Below are positions 63,479 through 64,000 of a DNA stretch of 64,000 bases, in pieces. The first letter of the stretch is position 1. Every line of letters begins with the position of its first letter. The DNA is from Heptranchias perlo (Eukaryota), in contig NC_090326.1 in assembly GCF_035084215.1 (NCBI RefSeq), forward strand, positions 43,400,001 to 43,464,000, read 5' to 3'. Under the pieces are notes generated by a model. It did not search any database and was not told where the DNA came from. It saw only the letters and a list, made by a program, of their open reading frames with translations. Made by a program: the position numbers and the translations under genes.

Positions 63479-63795
63479 GATGAGACGTTAAACCAGAGCC
63501 CCATTTGCCTGCTCAATTGGACTTAAAAGATCCCATGGCACTATTCAAAGAAGAGCAGGAGAGTTCTCCTAGTGTCTTGACCAACATTATCCCTCAACCA
63601 ACACCACTAAAAACAAATTATCTGGTGATCTCTTGCATTGCTGCTTGTGGAAGCCTGCTGTGTGCAAATTAGCTGCCGTGTTTGCCTACATAACAACAGT
63701 GACTGCAGTTCAAAAGTACTTAGTTGGCTGTGAAGTGCTTTGGGATGCCTGTGGATGTGAAAGACACTATATAAATGCAAATCCTTTCTGCTTTC
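63479..63795 (+). mobile_element. DeuSINE (SacSINE1-like) core and tail
   Basis: gatgagacgttaaacc..aaagatcccatggcactattcaaagaagagcagg..ctatataaatgcaa. Confidence 0.85.
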
Positions 63796-64000
63796 TTTAG
63801 TAGCTGCTGAAAATTGTTATTAACCCTGTGAGGGCTATTTTGTCCTTTTGGTGGCAACTGGGTTATCTTAATTATTTTTTCCCTGGTACATGAAATGGTA
63901 AGTATCACTGGCTTAGAGTGAACAAAGGAGCATTTGTTCTAGCAGTGCAGTGTGGGCCTGGTGAGAAAAAATATATATTTTAAAAAGGTTTCAATGGAGT

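Overview
Vertebrate, repeat-rich genomic DNA, most likely from a shark or other cartilaginous fish (inferred from DeuSINE/SacSINE1-type SINEs and the CR1/L2/Penelope repertoire). Two host genes face each other tail-to-tail. (i) The last six coding exons and about 1.9 kb of 3' UTR of MYRIP (Slac2-c) lie on +, 15271-~39760. (ii) A complete two-coding-exon prolactin-releasing peptide 2 gene (PRLH2 / C-RFamide) lies on -, 57050-61886; it encodes a 117-aa precursor with the predicted peptide NSDIDPFWYVGRGVRPIGRF-amide. The rest is mostly transposon-derived: a decayed two-gene Harbinger element (Myb/SANT gene plus HARBI1-like transposase, 1-~3588), many CR1 and L2 fragments that are often nested, DeuSINEs, several TIR-bounded MITEs, a solo LTR and a ~35-bp minisatellite. 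Penelope-derived pieces are also present, including a 189-bp palindromic mini-element with a 12-bp TSD and an intact minimal hammerhead ribozyme motif (36254-36442). All calls were made by eye, homolog sequences are recalled from memory, and repeat boundaries are approximate.
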